Below, in pieces: positions 34,365 to 43,803 of a stretch of DNA of 64,000 nt. The DNA comes from a virus (taxonomy: Duplodnaviria > Heunggongvirae > Uroviricota > Caudoviricetes), in the IMG/VR virus record IMGVR_UViG_3300021404_000007, positions 1 to 64,000 of that record; one strand, written 5' to 3'. The notes beneath the pieces are model-generated. The model was not told where the DNA came from. It saw only the letters and a program-made list of their open reading frames with translations, and did no database searches. Position 1 is the stretch's first letter. Every line of letters starts with the position of its first letter. The translations under genes and the position numbers were made by a program.

Positions 34365-34666
34365 GGGAGTACTACAACACCAACCGGGAGAGCGGGGACA
34401 CGCTGGCCACCAGTGTCACCCAGGCACGCAACCAGCGGCTCACCATCCTGGCGTTCTTCGAGCGCCACCCGGACACCCTCTTTGCGCCGCACGAGATACA
34501 GCGCCGGGTGTTGCCCACCGCGCCTCTCACGTCGGTGCGCCGGGCCATGACGAACCTGACCGAGGAGGGCCGGTTGGAGAAGACCCACGAGATGGAGCGC
34601 GGCAGCTACGGGAAGCAGGTACACCGCTGGCGGCTGCGCCAGGAGGAGTCCGAGTACCTGTGGTGA
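34361..34666 (+). CDS. winged-HTH DNA-binding protein
   Basis: ATGA overlap; between the exonuclease and RecT. Confidence 0.5.
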   Translation: MREYYNTNRESGDTLATSVTQARNQRLTILAFFERHPDTLFAPHEIQRRVLPTAPLTSVRRAMTNLTEEGRLEKTHEMERGSYGKQVHRWRLRQEESEYLW

Positions 34667-34824
34667 TTAGCACTCTGCGTTGGCGGCTGCCAAGTTCTAT
34701 GAGTTTTGTAGGTAACGACCGGATTACGGGCGTAGGTTCTCACTACCTCGACCTGTTTACCTGGTCGTCGCCCATTAAAAAACGTCACCGCATACGGCGG
34801 TGGAGTGAGAAAGGGTGATGAACA

Positions 34825-35784
34825 GTGTCAGAGAACACCACATCGGAAGTGGCGCCTGTTAGCCAGGAGCCCGAGTTTACCGTTGCTGAAATTACCGAGC
34901 CGACCACCGGCGCACTGCGCCGGCTGGAAGCCGAAGTGGCCGCGCTGGACAAGGCGTACCACTGGGCCAAGGCGATGAGTAAGACCACGATGGTGCCCGA
35001 GCACTTCCAGTACAACCACAAGCCACGGGGTTGCACGGACCCGCTGGGCGAGGTAGCTACCTACAACCTGGCCGCGGCGGTCATGTACGGCATCGAGATC
35101 GGCCTGTCTGCCATGCAGGCCGCGCAGAACGTCTTTGTCGTGCACGGCAAGCCCGCCGTCTACGCCCGCACGATGGCCGCACAGGTGCGTGCCGCCGGGT
35201 ACGTCATCGAGCCGGTGGAGGAATCCGACGAGCGGTGCGTGTGGAAGGGGCTGCGCGACGGCACCTGGGCCTTCTCGGAATGGAGCATCGAGCGCGCCGC
35301 GCAGGCGGGTTACACCGCCAACGAGCGGTACACGAAGAACCCGCAGGAGATGTTGCGCGCCAAGTGCATTGCCGAGGTGTGCCGCATCAAGTACCAGGAC
35401 GTGCTGCTGGGCATGGCGTACAGCGTGGAGGAGTTGCAGCTCGAAGAGTCCACCGTGCAGCGGGTGGTTCGCCAAGGCCCACGCGGCACCTCCGCGCTAC
35501 GTCAGCTGGCCTCGATGAGCAATGACATAGCCGCCGCGCCCGAACCTGCCGCTGGCCCAGAGCCCGAGACTGAGCCAGCGCCAGAGGGCAACGCGCCGAG
35601 CAGTGAGCAGCTTATCGAAATCCGCAAGCTCTACAAGGCCAAGGGCTTCACGGGGCAGGCCATGCTGGACGAGCTGACGCAGTACCTGCAGCGCGAGGCG
35701 CCCATCACCAGGCTCACGTTCCTCACCTTTGACGAGGCTGCCGACGTGATCGCGCACCTGACCGAGCCGGTGGCAGATGCGTAA
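34825..35784 (+). CDS. recT: RecT-family single-strand annealing protein
   Basis: 319 aa. The RecT-like core sits next to the exonuclease, as in the Che9c gp60/61 arrangement. Confidence 0.6.
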   Translation: MSENTTSEVAPVSQEPEFTVAEITEPTTGALRRLEAEVAALDKAYHWAKAMSKTTMVPEHFQYNHKPRGCTDPLGEVATYNLAAAVMYGIEIGLSAMQAAQNVFVVHGKPAVYARTMAAQVRAAGYVIEPVEESDERCVWKGLRDGTWAFSEWSIERAAQAGYTANERYTKNPQEMLRAKCIAEVCRIKYQDVLLGMAYSVEELQLEESTVQRVVRQGPRGTSALRQLASMSNDIAAAPEPAAGPEPETEPAPEGNAPSSEQLIEIRKLYKAKGFTGQAMLDELTQYLQREAPITRLTFLTFDEAADVIAHLTEPVADA

Positions 35785-35812
35785 CGGACAAACGGTTACG
35801 AATGCGGCGTAC

Positions 35813-35840
35813 ACGCGGTACGCTACTAATGGCAAACATT
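35813..35840 (-). promoter_or_regulatory. conserved element (copy 3, inverted): GCTACTAATGGCAAACA
   Basis: Reverse complement of TGTTTGCCATTAGTAGC. Confidence 0.45.
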
Positions 35841-35860
35841 GCGCAGGAGGTGTTAGTACC

Positions 35861-35910
35861 TATTACTGAAAGAAGCCGCGGCGCCGGGAGTGAGAGTCCT
35901 AAGCGCCGCG
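35861..35910 (+). terminator. rho-independent terminator AAGAAGCCGCGGCGC...GCGCCGCGGCTTCTTTT
   Basis: 15-bp stem plus T-tract. Confidence 0.65.
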
Positions 35911-35979
35911 GCTTCTTTTCATCCATCCATACAAGAGTGAGGATACCAGAGATGCGTTTAGAAGAAAGCGCAACACTCA

Positions 35980-36858
35980 ATGTGGTTTAACGTCGATGAC
36001 AAGCTACACAGTTCTCCCGGCTGCACCATGCTTCCTAAGCGGTCGCGCGCCCATGCCATAGGTGTGTGGACGCTCTGCGGCAGCTGGTCGTGCGATCACC
36101 AGACCGATGGTTACGTGCCCGATGAGGTATTCGAGGGCTTCGGTGGCACCCCACGGATTCGGCAGTATCTGACCGCCGCCGCGTTCCTCCGCGACGACTG
36201 CAGTGAGGTTGTACTTACGGCGCAGTCGTGCCGTATCCGAAGTGCAGACAAGGTACAGGCCGAGCGCAGTGCAACTGCAACGCGAGTGCATAACCACCGC
36301 ACTCGCACCAAGAATGGCGTTGACCTGGGGGAACAGGTCGGCGTAACGCCGTTACATGGTGAGAGTGGTAACGGTGCTGGGCCTCCGTTACCTGGCCCCA
36401 GTGGTCGTGGTTATGGGAATGGTTTGGTAACTAACCCACCACCTTCTCAAGCTGAGTTGTTACCTAAGTCGGGTACGGCACTAGCGCGACCGACGATGGA
36501 CATTTCCCGGCTGTGCGGCAACGACCCACAGCCGCCGCAACCGCCGCCGCCCGACCGGCACATCCCGGCAGAGGCCAACGAGCTGGTCAAGGCGGCGGTG
36601 CCCGCCTCGGTGTGGGGCAATCAGAAGACCCGCTGGGGTCTGCTGACGCAGACGGCCACGCTGCTCAACGGCGGTGCCGACGAGGCCGACGTGCGGGCGG
36701 CGCTGCAGACGTGGGTGTCGACGCCGGATGTCTACCCCGGCCATCTCCCGCACATGATGACCGAGGTCATCAAACGTCGCACCAACGGCAGAACGCTGCA
36801 GGGTGCCGATAAGAAGGCTGCCGATTGGCAGTCACTCAAGAGAAGGGATACCGAATGA
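35980..36858 (+). CDS. hypothetical protein (292 aa; start uncertain)
   Basis: Long ORF; weak SD. Confidence 0.45.
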   Translation: MWFNVDDKLHSSPGCTMLPKRSRAHAIGVWTLCGSWSCDHQTDGYVPDEVFEGFGGTPRIRQYLTAAAFLRDDCSEVVLTAQSCRIRSADKVQAERSATATRVHNHRTRTKNGVDLGEQVGVTPLHGESGNGAGPPLPGPSGRGYGNGLVTNPPPSQAELLPKSGTALARPTMDISRLCGNDPQPPQPPPPDRHIPAEANELVKAAVPASVWGNQKTRWGLLTQTATLLNGGADEADVRAALQTWVSTPDVYPGHLPHMMTEVIKRRTNGRTLQGADKKAADWQSLKRRDTE

Positions 36859-37421
36859 TTACCCGTAACAACGTCATCGACGCGCTGACTAAGTGCTCGG
36901 GCTACAACGCTCGCAACACGCCGGTTCCGAGCGACATCGTGGTGGAGGCGTGGTTGGAGCATTTCAGTCAATTCCCCGATGTGACCGGTCAAGACCTACT
37001 GGACGCGGTTCGTGATTACTTCACCAGAGAGCATGACGACCGGCTAGTTGAGCCGGTCACCATAGGCATCCTGGCCCGCAAGTATTCCGTAGACCGGGTA
37101 GAGCGCAGCGATCTGGATTCTGCGGAACGGCTGGCGCATGAGGCGCTGTGTGACTCCAAGGCTGCTGAGGAGGACTTGGCCATCGAGTCGGCTGCAGCCA
37201 TCCACCGGCATGCCGTCGAGAGCTACGCCCAGCGGTTCGGGATCAGCGGCGCCGAGGCCGAGGCGCGGATGAAGCGCAGCATGGACGCCCGCAACGAACT
37301 GGACGCCAAGGCCATCGAGGTGGCCCACCGCCGCCAGTCAGCCCCACCGGCTCCGGTGCCGTGCCCGGACTGCGGCAGCACCGCCGTGCCGTGCCCGTGC
37401 GAGGCCGACAGTGTCGGCTGA
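36855..37421 (+). CDS. hypothetical protein (C-terminal CPDCG...CPC)
   Basis: ATGA overlap. Confidence 0.5.
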   Translation: MITRNNVIDALTKCSGYNARNTPVPSDIVVEAWLEHFSQFPDVTGQDLLDAVRDYFTREHDDRLVEPVTIGILARKYSVDRVERSDLDSAERLAHEALCDSKAAEEDLAIESAAAIHRHAVESYAQRFGISGAEAEARMKRSMDARNELDAKAIEVAHRRQSAPPAPVPCPDCGSTAVPCPCEADSVG

Positions 37422-37510
37422 GAAGCCGCTGGCCGCTGCGTGCATCCAACCCGCTGCGCAGCGGCCAGCCCACCCCCGAAACGCCCCCACCGTCCACGAG
37501 GAGTCGAACA

Positions 37511-37684
37511 ATGACGTGCTGTGTATGCCTGAGTAATTACGCGGGGCCGTGCTCCATTTGCCCGGAGTGCCTGCTGACGATTTATCCCCACGGTGCGACC
37601 CACTGGCTGCGGCAGAGCTTCCGCAACCCGCTGGCCCCGGCGATGCCCGAATTGACACTGGCCAAGCCGCTGCTCCCGCTGTGA
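37511..37684 (+). CDS. Cys-rich zinc-finger protein (CCVC...CSICPEC)
   Basis: SD GAGGAG. Confidence 0.45.
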   Translation: MTCCVCLSNYAGPCSICPECLLTIYPHGATHWLRQSFRNPLAPAMPELTLAKPLLPL

Positions 37685-37720
37685 ATATGCTGTACCGCGC
37701 TACCGCATAGCGTGGTACAA
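37685..37720 (+). promoter_or_regulatory. nested palindromes TGTACC...GGTACA around an extended -10 TGGTACAAT
   Basis: Read directly from the sequence. Confidence 0.45.
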
Positions 37721-37770
37721 TGGTGCGGTAACCGCTACGGCAGTACGCCGAGCAAAGCTACACGCAGGAG

Positions 37771-38307
37771 ATGGCAGAAATGGGAGAAGGGGAGACCCCG
37801 CAGTTTGTTGCGCGCTACGCCAGCCAAGTCGTCACCGGCACCACCTTCGCCGAGGTAGGTGACACGCTGGCTGAGCGTGGTTTCGACATGGCACGCGCTA
37901 CGGCTACCGCCCAGGGCGTTCTGTTGGTGCCGCATACCGACCGCAGCCGCCAGGCAGCACATCTGTATCAAGAGCTGGTGCCGGTGGAGCAGGCGCCCAA
38001 GCCGGTGATCCCGGTGCAGCTGGACGTGGCCACGGCGATGCTGGCCGGCGCCGAGGTCGAGTCCGGGTTCCGTGACGGCGCGGCACTGGCCTGCCGTGAC
38101 TGCGGTGCCGTGCATCCCGAGGGGGTGGTCTGTGTCATCCCGATCATGTACGAGATGCAGTGCTGCACCGAGCGCACCTACCCGCACCACGGGCCGCATG
38201 AGCACCGTGTCAACGGCAGGGTGACACACCGCTGGGTGGAGGAGTTGGTCATCACCGACCTGGCTTTCAACGGCTATCAACCAATAGATGAGGAGGAGAT
38301 GGGATGA
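37771..38307 (+). CDS. hypothetical protein (alternative start 37780)
   Basis: CAGGAGATGGCAGAAATG motif. Confidence 0.5.
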   Translation: MAEMGEGETPQFVARYASQVVTGTTFAEVGDTLAERGFDMARATATAQGVLLVPHTDRSRQAAHLYQELVPVEQAPKPVIPVQLDVATAMLAGAEVESGFRDGAALACRDCGAVHPEGVVCVIPIMYEMQCCTERTYPHHGPHEHRVNGRVTHRWVEELVITDLAFNGYQPIDEEEMG

Positions 38308-38672
38308 GCAGTGCCTACCGACTAGAGGAGCAGTACACGGCGTGCAGCCGGGGCTGCTTCGCGTGCGGCCCGTTCGGTGAGCGGTTCTACAACCATGAGG
38401 GCACCGGCTGCTGCGGCAGCACGAAGTGCGATGGCACCGCGTGGAGTCGGCAGCTTAGCCAGTGGCTCAAGGTCGAGCGGCAGGTAGCCCTCCCGCTGTG
38501 GTGCGCGGCCGAGAAGGAGTGGGGTGAGCGGCTGGCCGCGTGGGTGGCTGCCGAGCAGGAGTACCTCGCGGAGCTACGCAGCCGCCCCGCCGCCCGCGTG
38601 CGCCATGTACGGCGCGAGGAGCAGTTCGACAAGGATCCGCAGAAGGTGCGCGCCCAGCAGAAGGCGCGATGA
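38304..38672 (+). CDS. hypothetical Cys-rich protein
   Basis: ATGA overlap. Confidence 0.5.
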   Translation: MSSAYRLEEQYTACSRGCFACGPFGERFYNHEGTGCCGSTKCDGTAWSRQLSQWLKVERQVALPLWCAAEKEWGERLAAWVAAEQEYLAELRSRPAARVRHVRREEQFDKDPQKVRAQQKAR

Positions 38673-38774
38673 GAAACCTCGGCGGGGTGTCCCGCCGATG
38701 TGGCCCCCGGCGGGGCTGGGTCTTGGAGCTGCCATCTTCTCCCTGGTCCCGCCGGGCTGGCCGGAAGGAGCAGC

Positions 38775-38945
38775 GTGACCGAAACCCCTGAGTTCGACAC
38801 CCTCGTCAACGCCGAGGGCAAGTACCGCTGGGTCTACAACAACCCCGTCACGGGTGAGCAGCGGGTGGGCCCGAAGCTGCACAAGACGAAGGCCCTCGCC
38901 ATCCGCGCCGGGAAGGAATGGCTGGCGACGAGGAAGAAGAAGTGA
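38775..38945 (+). CDS. hypothetical protein (56 aa)
   Basis: SD GGAAGGAG followed by GTG. Confidence 0.45.
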   Translation: MTETPEFDTLVNAEGKYRWVYNNPVTGEQRVGPKLHKTKALAIRAGKEWLATRKKK

Positions 38946-39142
38946 TCCCCGCAGTCGGGGCCACCGTGCGGGTCACGGGCATCATGCCCGACGACCCGTG
39001 CCCGATGGAGGTGGGTGCCACCGGCACCGTGCTCGGCATCGGTGCCGAGATACAGGGCCGCACGCAGATCGACGTCAAGTGGGCCAACGGGCGCACGCTG
39101 TTCCTGCTGGACACCGACCCGTTTGTGGTGCTGGATGAGTGA
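38942..39142 (+). CDS. hypothetical protein
   Basis: GTGA overlap. Confidence 0.45.
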   Translation: MIPAVGATVRVTGIMPDDPCPMEVGATGTVLGIGAEIQGRTQIDVKWANGRTLFLLDTDPFVVLDE

Positions 39143-39278
39143 CTTCATCGAGTGGGAGATCGAGGAGCCGGTGGTGCCGCCGTGCATCAACTGCGATGCG
39201 CCCGGCGATGTGCCGTGCGACGAGGACTGCGAGAACAAGGATTTCCGGGATGCCCAATTTGAGGAAGGCGAGGAATGA
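39135..39278 (+). CDS. small acidic Cys-rich protein
   Basis: 8-nt overlap. Confidence 0.4.
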   Translation: MSDFIEWEIEEPVVPPCINCDAPGDVPCDEDCENKDFRDAQFEEGEE

Positions 39279-39517
39279 GGAAACAAATGGATAGCCAGGA
39301 GCTGATCGCCACGATGCTCTCCCACGGTGACGTCAACGGCGCGGCTGCGGTCTTCGCGGCCGAGGTGCACAACCAGTTCCAGACCGACGACCTCAATGAT
39401 GCGGTCCGGATCATCAACGAATGCCTGCCGGACGACCCGCAGCTGCGCCGCAACGTCATCGCCAGGATGCCGAAGATAGAGGTGGTGCCCGGTACGCCGG
39501 ACCAGCCCGAAGCGTGA
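39275..39517 (+). CDS. hypothetical protein
   Basis: ATGA overlap. Confidence 0.5.
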   Translation: MRKQMDSQELIATMLSHGDVNGAAAVFAAEVHNQFQTDDLNDAVRIINECLPDDPQLRRNVIARMPKIEVVPGTPDQPEA

Positions 39518-39945
39518 TTACGCTCTGCCCACTCTGCGACGGCACCGTCACGGTGTTCGCTGACGGCAGAATGGCCAGCCACCGCACCAGCACGGGTGAG
39601 CGCTGTGCGCTCAGTCAGCGGGTGGCACCGCCGTGGGACGAGCGCAACACCCGCGAGGCGGTGCCGGGGCGCAGCGGCGGGCGGTGTGAGTGGTGCAAGA
39701 AACGGCGTGCGACCGAGATGCACCACCGCAAGAACCGCAGCCAGGGGGGTGAGTGGAACCCGGCCAACATCCTGCACCTGTGCAACGAGTGCCATCGCCG
39801 CTGCACCCTCAACCGCAGCTGGGGCCGTGCGCTCGGCCTGGTCGTCCGGCAGTACGAGAACCCGGAAACGGTGGTGGTGGTGTGCGAGGACCTGACCACC
39901 TTTCAACCCACGTCGATGGTGACGAGAAAGCGGGGGCGCCGATGA
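39514..39945 (+). CDS. HNH endonuclease
   Basis: CEWC...HH..N...N.LHLCNECH. Confidence 0.6.
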   Translation: MITLCPLCDGTVTVFADGRMASHRTSTGERCALSQRVAPPWDERNTREAVPGRSGGRCEWCKKRRATEMHHRKNRSQGGEWNPANILHLCNECHRRCTLNRSWGRALGLVVRQYENPETVVVVCEDLTTFQPTSMVTRKRGRR

Positions 39946-40166
39946 GGGGTATCGGCGTGCGGCAGCGCGCGATCCTGACCGCGATGGCCCGGCACGGCGG
40001 CGTCTGGCCAGCGGACTGGAAGATCCGCTACGACGAGCGGGCGGTGTTCGACAGTCTGGAACGCCGCGGTGCCATCGAGCGGGTGGATGCGGTGACGCCG
40101 TTCGACCGGGACTTCACCTACCAGTTCACAACCGAACCGCAACGAGAGAGGGAGAGGGTCTATTGA
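39942..40166 (+). CDS. hypothetical protein
   Basis: ATGA overlap. Confidence 0.45.
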   Translation: MRGIGVRQRAILTAMARHGGVWPADWKIRYDERAVFDSLERRGAIERVDAVTPFDRDFTYQFTTEPQRERERVY

Positions 40167-40390
40167 TCGGCGACGAATTGTTTGCCTGGCAGGTCCAGGA
40201 GCCCGATGGCCGGTGGTCGATGGTGGCAGCCGGTATCGACTCCGATACGCAGATGCCGTTGATCCACCGCAGCCTCGACATCATGGAGAGGTTTCGGCCC
40301 ATTGCGGAGCTGCACGCGAGGACGACGAACCAGCCGCTGCGGCTGGCAAAGTTCTCGCTGGCGACCGTGTTGGAGGGGCCGCGTGAGTGA
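40163..40390 (+). CDS. hypothetical protein (TTG start; uncertain)
   Basis: Frame of ORF 40163..40390. Confidence 0.35.
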   Translation: MIGDELFAWQVQEPDGRWSMVAAGIDSDTQMPLIHRSLDIMERFRPIAELHARTTNQPLRLAKFSLATVLEGPRE

Positions 40391-40703
40391 CGACTGGCTG
40401 CCCACCAACGAGGCGATGGCCTACCTGGGCGTGAAGCAGGCACAGAGCATGCCGATGTGGACGAACCGGCCACCGGCCAGCCGCCGGTCCGTCTCGCCCG
40501 GACGGGTGACGTACAAGCCCATCCGGGTGCAGAAGCGGGGCAACCGGAAGTTCTACTTCAAGCCCGATCTGGATGCCTACCTGGCGTTCCAGTCGGCTCG
40601 GGCCAAGAGCCAGGCGGCGCTGGCGCTGCATAAGCCGGTCCGGGTCTGCGCCGCGTGCGGCAAGCGGTGGCCGTGCCAGGAGTACAGGCAGGCCGAGCGA
40701 TGA
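40383..40703 (+). CDS. HTH DNA-binding protein (Xis/MerR-like)
   Basis: NEAMAYLGVKQAQS helix-turn-helix; 8-nt overlap. Confidence 0.5.
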   Translation: MSDDWLPTNEAMAYLGVKQAQSMPMWTNRPPASRRSVSPGRVTYKPIRVQKRGNRKFYFKPDLDAYLAFQSARAKSQAALALHKPVRVCAACGKRWPCQEYRQAER

Positions 40704-41143
40704 ACTACGGACTGGCCGGTACCAGTGCCTCGATGCTGGAATCCATCCGGGTGGAGCGCCGCTGCTGGGCCAACTCCAACAAGTCCGTCGCGCTGGCGTG
40801 CTTCGCCGTGCGCTGGCACACGCCGGGGCACCAGCTGGTCACCGACCAGAAGTCCTTCGACTTCGGCGAGCTGATCGAGCTGCCGGATGGCAGTGTGCCC
40901 ATGCTCACCGCCATCTTCGACCCGGATGCGGAGCCGCCGGACAACGTGATCCTGGCGCACGTCTACCTGCTGCGGGTCAACGCGGACGACGGGTTCCCGG
41001 ACGTGGTGGCCCGGCTGATCGTGCAGACCGAGCGCACCGAGCCGGACCAGCCGTTCGTGCTGAGCGGAGAGCTGGCCGAGAGCGGCGACAACATCTACCC
41101 GCTGGAGATCCACGAAGCACCCGTACCGGAGAGGGACCAATGA
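40700..41143 (+). CDS. hypothetical protein
   Basis: ATGA overlap. Confidence 0.5.
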   Translation: MNYGLAGTSASMLESIRVERRCWANSNKSVALACFAVRWHTPGHQLVTDQKSFDFGELIELPDGSVPMLTAIFDPDAEPPDNVILAHVYLLRVNADDGFPDVVARLIVQTERTEPDQPFVLSGELAESGDNIYPLEIHEAPVPERDQ

Positions 41144-41649
41144 ACCTGCCGCTGCCCTACGATGCCGAGTTCGCGTTCTGGCAGGCGTGCGCCGGGTCGT
41201 TCGGCGCCTGGGTGCCCGTGCAGCCCGTGTACGAGCACGCCGACATTTGGGACCGGCTGGTGGACCCGATCTTCGAGCGCCCGATGTACTTCGACCGGCA
41301 GGGCACGCCGATCACCATGCGCCAGTGGGCGCTGCTGCGGCAGCGGGGGCTGGACCCGGACGGCCACTTCGGGCCCAACTCCTACGTGCGCATCGGCGAG
41401 GACAAGATCGACGCCACCACCACCGTGTCCACGGTGTGGCTGGGCATGGACCACGGGTTCAACTACGGCATGGTCGAGCACTACCGTCCGGTCATCTTCG
41501 AGACCATGATCTTCGGCGGTGAGTACGACGACTACATGCGCCGGTACTGCTCCGAGGAGGAGGCGCGGGCGGGCCACGACGAGGCGGTGGGCGATCTGCT
41601 CGTCTGCCTGGAACCGTGGTGGCGGCGCGGCTTGGATCGCGATGAGTAA
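41140..41649 (+). CDS. hypothetical protein
   Basis: ATGA overlap. Confidence 0.5.
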   Translation: MNLPLPYDAEFAFWQACAGSFGAWVPVQPVYEHADIWDRLVDPIFERPMYFDRQGTPITMRQWALLRQRGLDPDGHFGPNSYVRIGEDKIDATTTVSTVWLGMDHGFNYGMVEHYRPVIFETMIFGGEYDDYMRRYCSEEEARAGHDEAVGDLLVCLEPWWRRGLDRDE

Positions 41650-42776
41650 TGGCCAGAATCCTGGTCCACCCCCAACGTGTCGCCCGCTATGGCGACCACT
41701 ATGCGCTGGGAACCCGGTGGCGCTGGTGGCGCTGCCGCCTGTTGCCCGACGAGCGCAACGAGCTGCTCTACCAGTCCTACGACGACCCGATGCAGCCGCG
41801 CGAGGCCAGCGTCATCTTCAACCGCGACGACCCGGTGGAGTTCGTTGACCCGCCGGCCGTGGTCATCACCGTGCTGTACCCGGAGCTTCAGGACATCAAC
41901 TACGGCAGCGGCGCCCTCACCACCATGATGACGCGCGGGCCGAGTGCCGAGTGCGACCTGGTGTGGCACCAGTGCCCCGGCCCGCGCTGGATGCCGCTGC
42001 CGGGCGACACCTGCCAGCTGGGGGAGTACCGGATCGAGTCGGTGGATCCCGGCAGCCGCCGCCCGCGCCACAGCACGCAGATGCTGCGGCACCCGCACCT
42101 GCCGGTGCTGCCCGCTCCGGAGGTCACCAGCAGTGTTGAGGAGACGGTGGCGCTCACCCGCCAGCAGATCGCCGCCATGTACGACGTGCCGCTGGCGGTG
42201 ATCGCGCCCGAGCAGGTGGCGCCCAGCTCGTCGCTGGACGCCTACCTGGACGCCATGCTGCGCGGCGTGGAGGAGTTCCGGGCGAACCAGATGCGCAACC
42301 CCACCATCGTGCTGATCAACCTGGAAGACTACCGGCGGATAGTGGAACTGGCGCGGCAGCGGGCTGAGCTGCTCTCCTTCATGGGCAACCCGCCGCAGGA
42401 CCTGATCGGCGACCGGCTGACCGTGTTCGGCTTGGAGGTGCGGGCCGAGCGGCTCATCCCTCCCGGCCAGGTGCTGCTGATCGGTGAAGGAGGTCGCACC
42501 ACCGTCACGGTGCGCCCGGACTACGCCCCCGGCGGCGTGCGTCCCCGGCGGATGCCGCCGTCAGCCGGTGTGCGTGCCAAGCAGTCCCTCTACCTCAACC
42601 CCGAAGACCAGGTGCTCGACGACATCGACCTGCTCGTCAATGAGCAGGTGCGCGGTGGCCCGGTGGACGACTACCGGGTCGACCGCTACCCGAAGTGCAA
42701 GCACTGCCCGCACCAATGGCACGGGCTGTGCTGCGAGCACTGCGACTGCCTGGGCGAGTTGGAGGAGGAGGTATGA
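41649..42776 (+). CDS. hypothetical protein (375 aa) with a C-terminal Cys/His cluster
   Basis: TAATG overlap; CKHCPHQWHGLCCEHCDC. Confidence 0.55.
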   Translation: MARILVHPQRVARYGDHYALGTRWRWWRCRLLPDERNELLYQSYDDPMQPREASVIFNRDDPVEFVDPPAVVITVLYPELQDINYGSGALTTMMTRGPSAECDLVWHQCPGPRWMPLPGDTCQLGEYRIESVDPGSRRPRHSTQMLRHPHLPVLPAPEVTSSVEETVALTRQQIAAMYDVPLAVIAPEQVAPSSSLDAYLDAMLRGVEEFRANQMRNPTIVLINLEDYRRIVELARQRAELLSFMGNPPQDLIGDRLTVFGLEVRAERLIPPGQVLLIGEGGRTTVTVRPDYAPGGVRPRRMPPSAGVRAKQSLYLNPEDQVLDDIDLLVNEQVRGGPVDDYRVDRYPKCKHCPHQWHGLCCEHCDCLGELEEEV

Positions 42777-43153
42777 GGGCACTGATCGGCGCCACCGCCG
42801 TCATCGGCTTGGTGGCCGTGGTGGCGGGGTGCGACGACGACAGCATCACGGCGCAGTGCGTGCAGGAGGACGGGCACTACTGGTGGGGGGATCACCCGAC
42901 GGTGGTGCGCGATGAGGACTGCACCAACCACGTCGCCGACGACAACGGGTTCTTCGTGTGGGGTGGCCATCAGTACCGCTACTACTACGGCAGCCGGGGC
43001 TCTCTCGGCTCCCGCCCGATGGGCGGCTCCCTGGCCTACCCCGGCGACGAGGACGAGGACGGCTACGCGCCCTCGGTGCGCACCGGCTCCGGCAAATCCA
43101 TCACCCGTGGCGGGCTGGGAGGTGCCGGGGGGCGGCCCAGTGCGGGCGGGTAA
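42773..43153 (+). CDS. putative lipoprotein (lipobox VAGC)
   Basis: ATGA overlap; signal peptide plus Cys. Confidence 0.5.
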   Translation: MRALIGATAVIGLVAVVAGCDDDSITAQCVQEDGHYWWGDHPTVVRDEDCTNHVADDNGFFVWGGHQYRYYYGSRGSLGSRPMGGSLAYPGDEDEDGYAPSVRTGSGKSITRGGLGGAGGRPSAGG

Positions 43154-43159
43154 CCCACC

Positions 43160-43245
43160 ACACCAGGCACCCGCCGTACTCCACGTAGGGGGCAAATAAG
43201 CCGGTGTTTTTTTGGCCTGCCTAGCTGGCACTATGCGGCCAGCGG
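43160..43245. terminator. second copy of the conserved element CCGTACTCCACGTAGGGGGCAAATAAGCCGGTGTTTTTTT
   Basis: Lies between the convergent + and - blocks. Confidence 0.45.
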
Positions 43246-43803
43246 CTAGGCCTCCATGTGCAGCTGCTGAATCAGCGAGATCTCGTACGGTTGCAGGTGC
43301 CCGCGGGTCGCCACTGTAGTCGTCATGGTGGCCGGCGACTTGACCCCGCGCAGCTTCATGCACGAGTGCTCGGCGGTGATTAGACAGGTGGCCCCGGACG
43401 GAGACAGCATGTGCATGAGGGAGTCCACCACCTGCTGCCCGATCCGCTCCTGCACCTGTAGCCGGGCGGCGTAGGCGTAGACCAGCCGGGTGAGCTTGGA
43501 CAGGCCGACGATGCGCTGGCCGGTGTGCGGGCGGTAGGCGACGGTGGCGCGGCCGAGGATGGGCAGCAGATGGTGCGCGCACGTGCTCTGTACGTCTATA
43601 CCCGCCTGGACGATGAGCCCCGGATCGCGCGGCGCCGGAAATGTCGTCTGAAGGTAATCCTCTGGATTCTCCTGGTAGCCCCAAAGCTGGTCCTTGAGCG
43701 ACTTGGCCACGCGAGCAGGAGTGTCGGCGGTGTGCTCGCCCTCGTCGACCCCCAGCGCGTCGAGAAGGAGCTTGACCGCGCTCTTGACGTCATCGGTTTC
43801 CAC
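43246..43803 (-). CDS. folE: GTP cyclohydrolase I (FolE)
   Basis: CAHHLLP active-site motif; T-fold size (185 aa). Confidence 0.7.
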   Translation of the reverse strand: METDDVKSAVKLLLDALGVDEGEHTADTPARVAKSLKDQLWGYQENPEDYLQTTFPAPRDPGLIVQAGIDVQSTCAHHLLPILGRATVAYRPHTGQRIVGLSKLTRLVYAYAARLQVQERIGQQVVDSLMHMLSPSGATCLITAEHSCMKLRGVKSPATMTTTVATRGHLQPYEISLIQQLHMEA

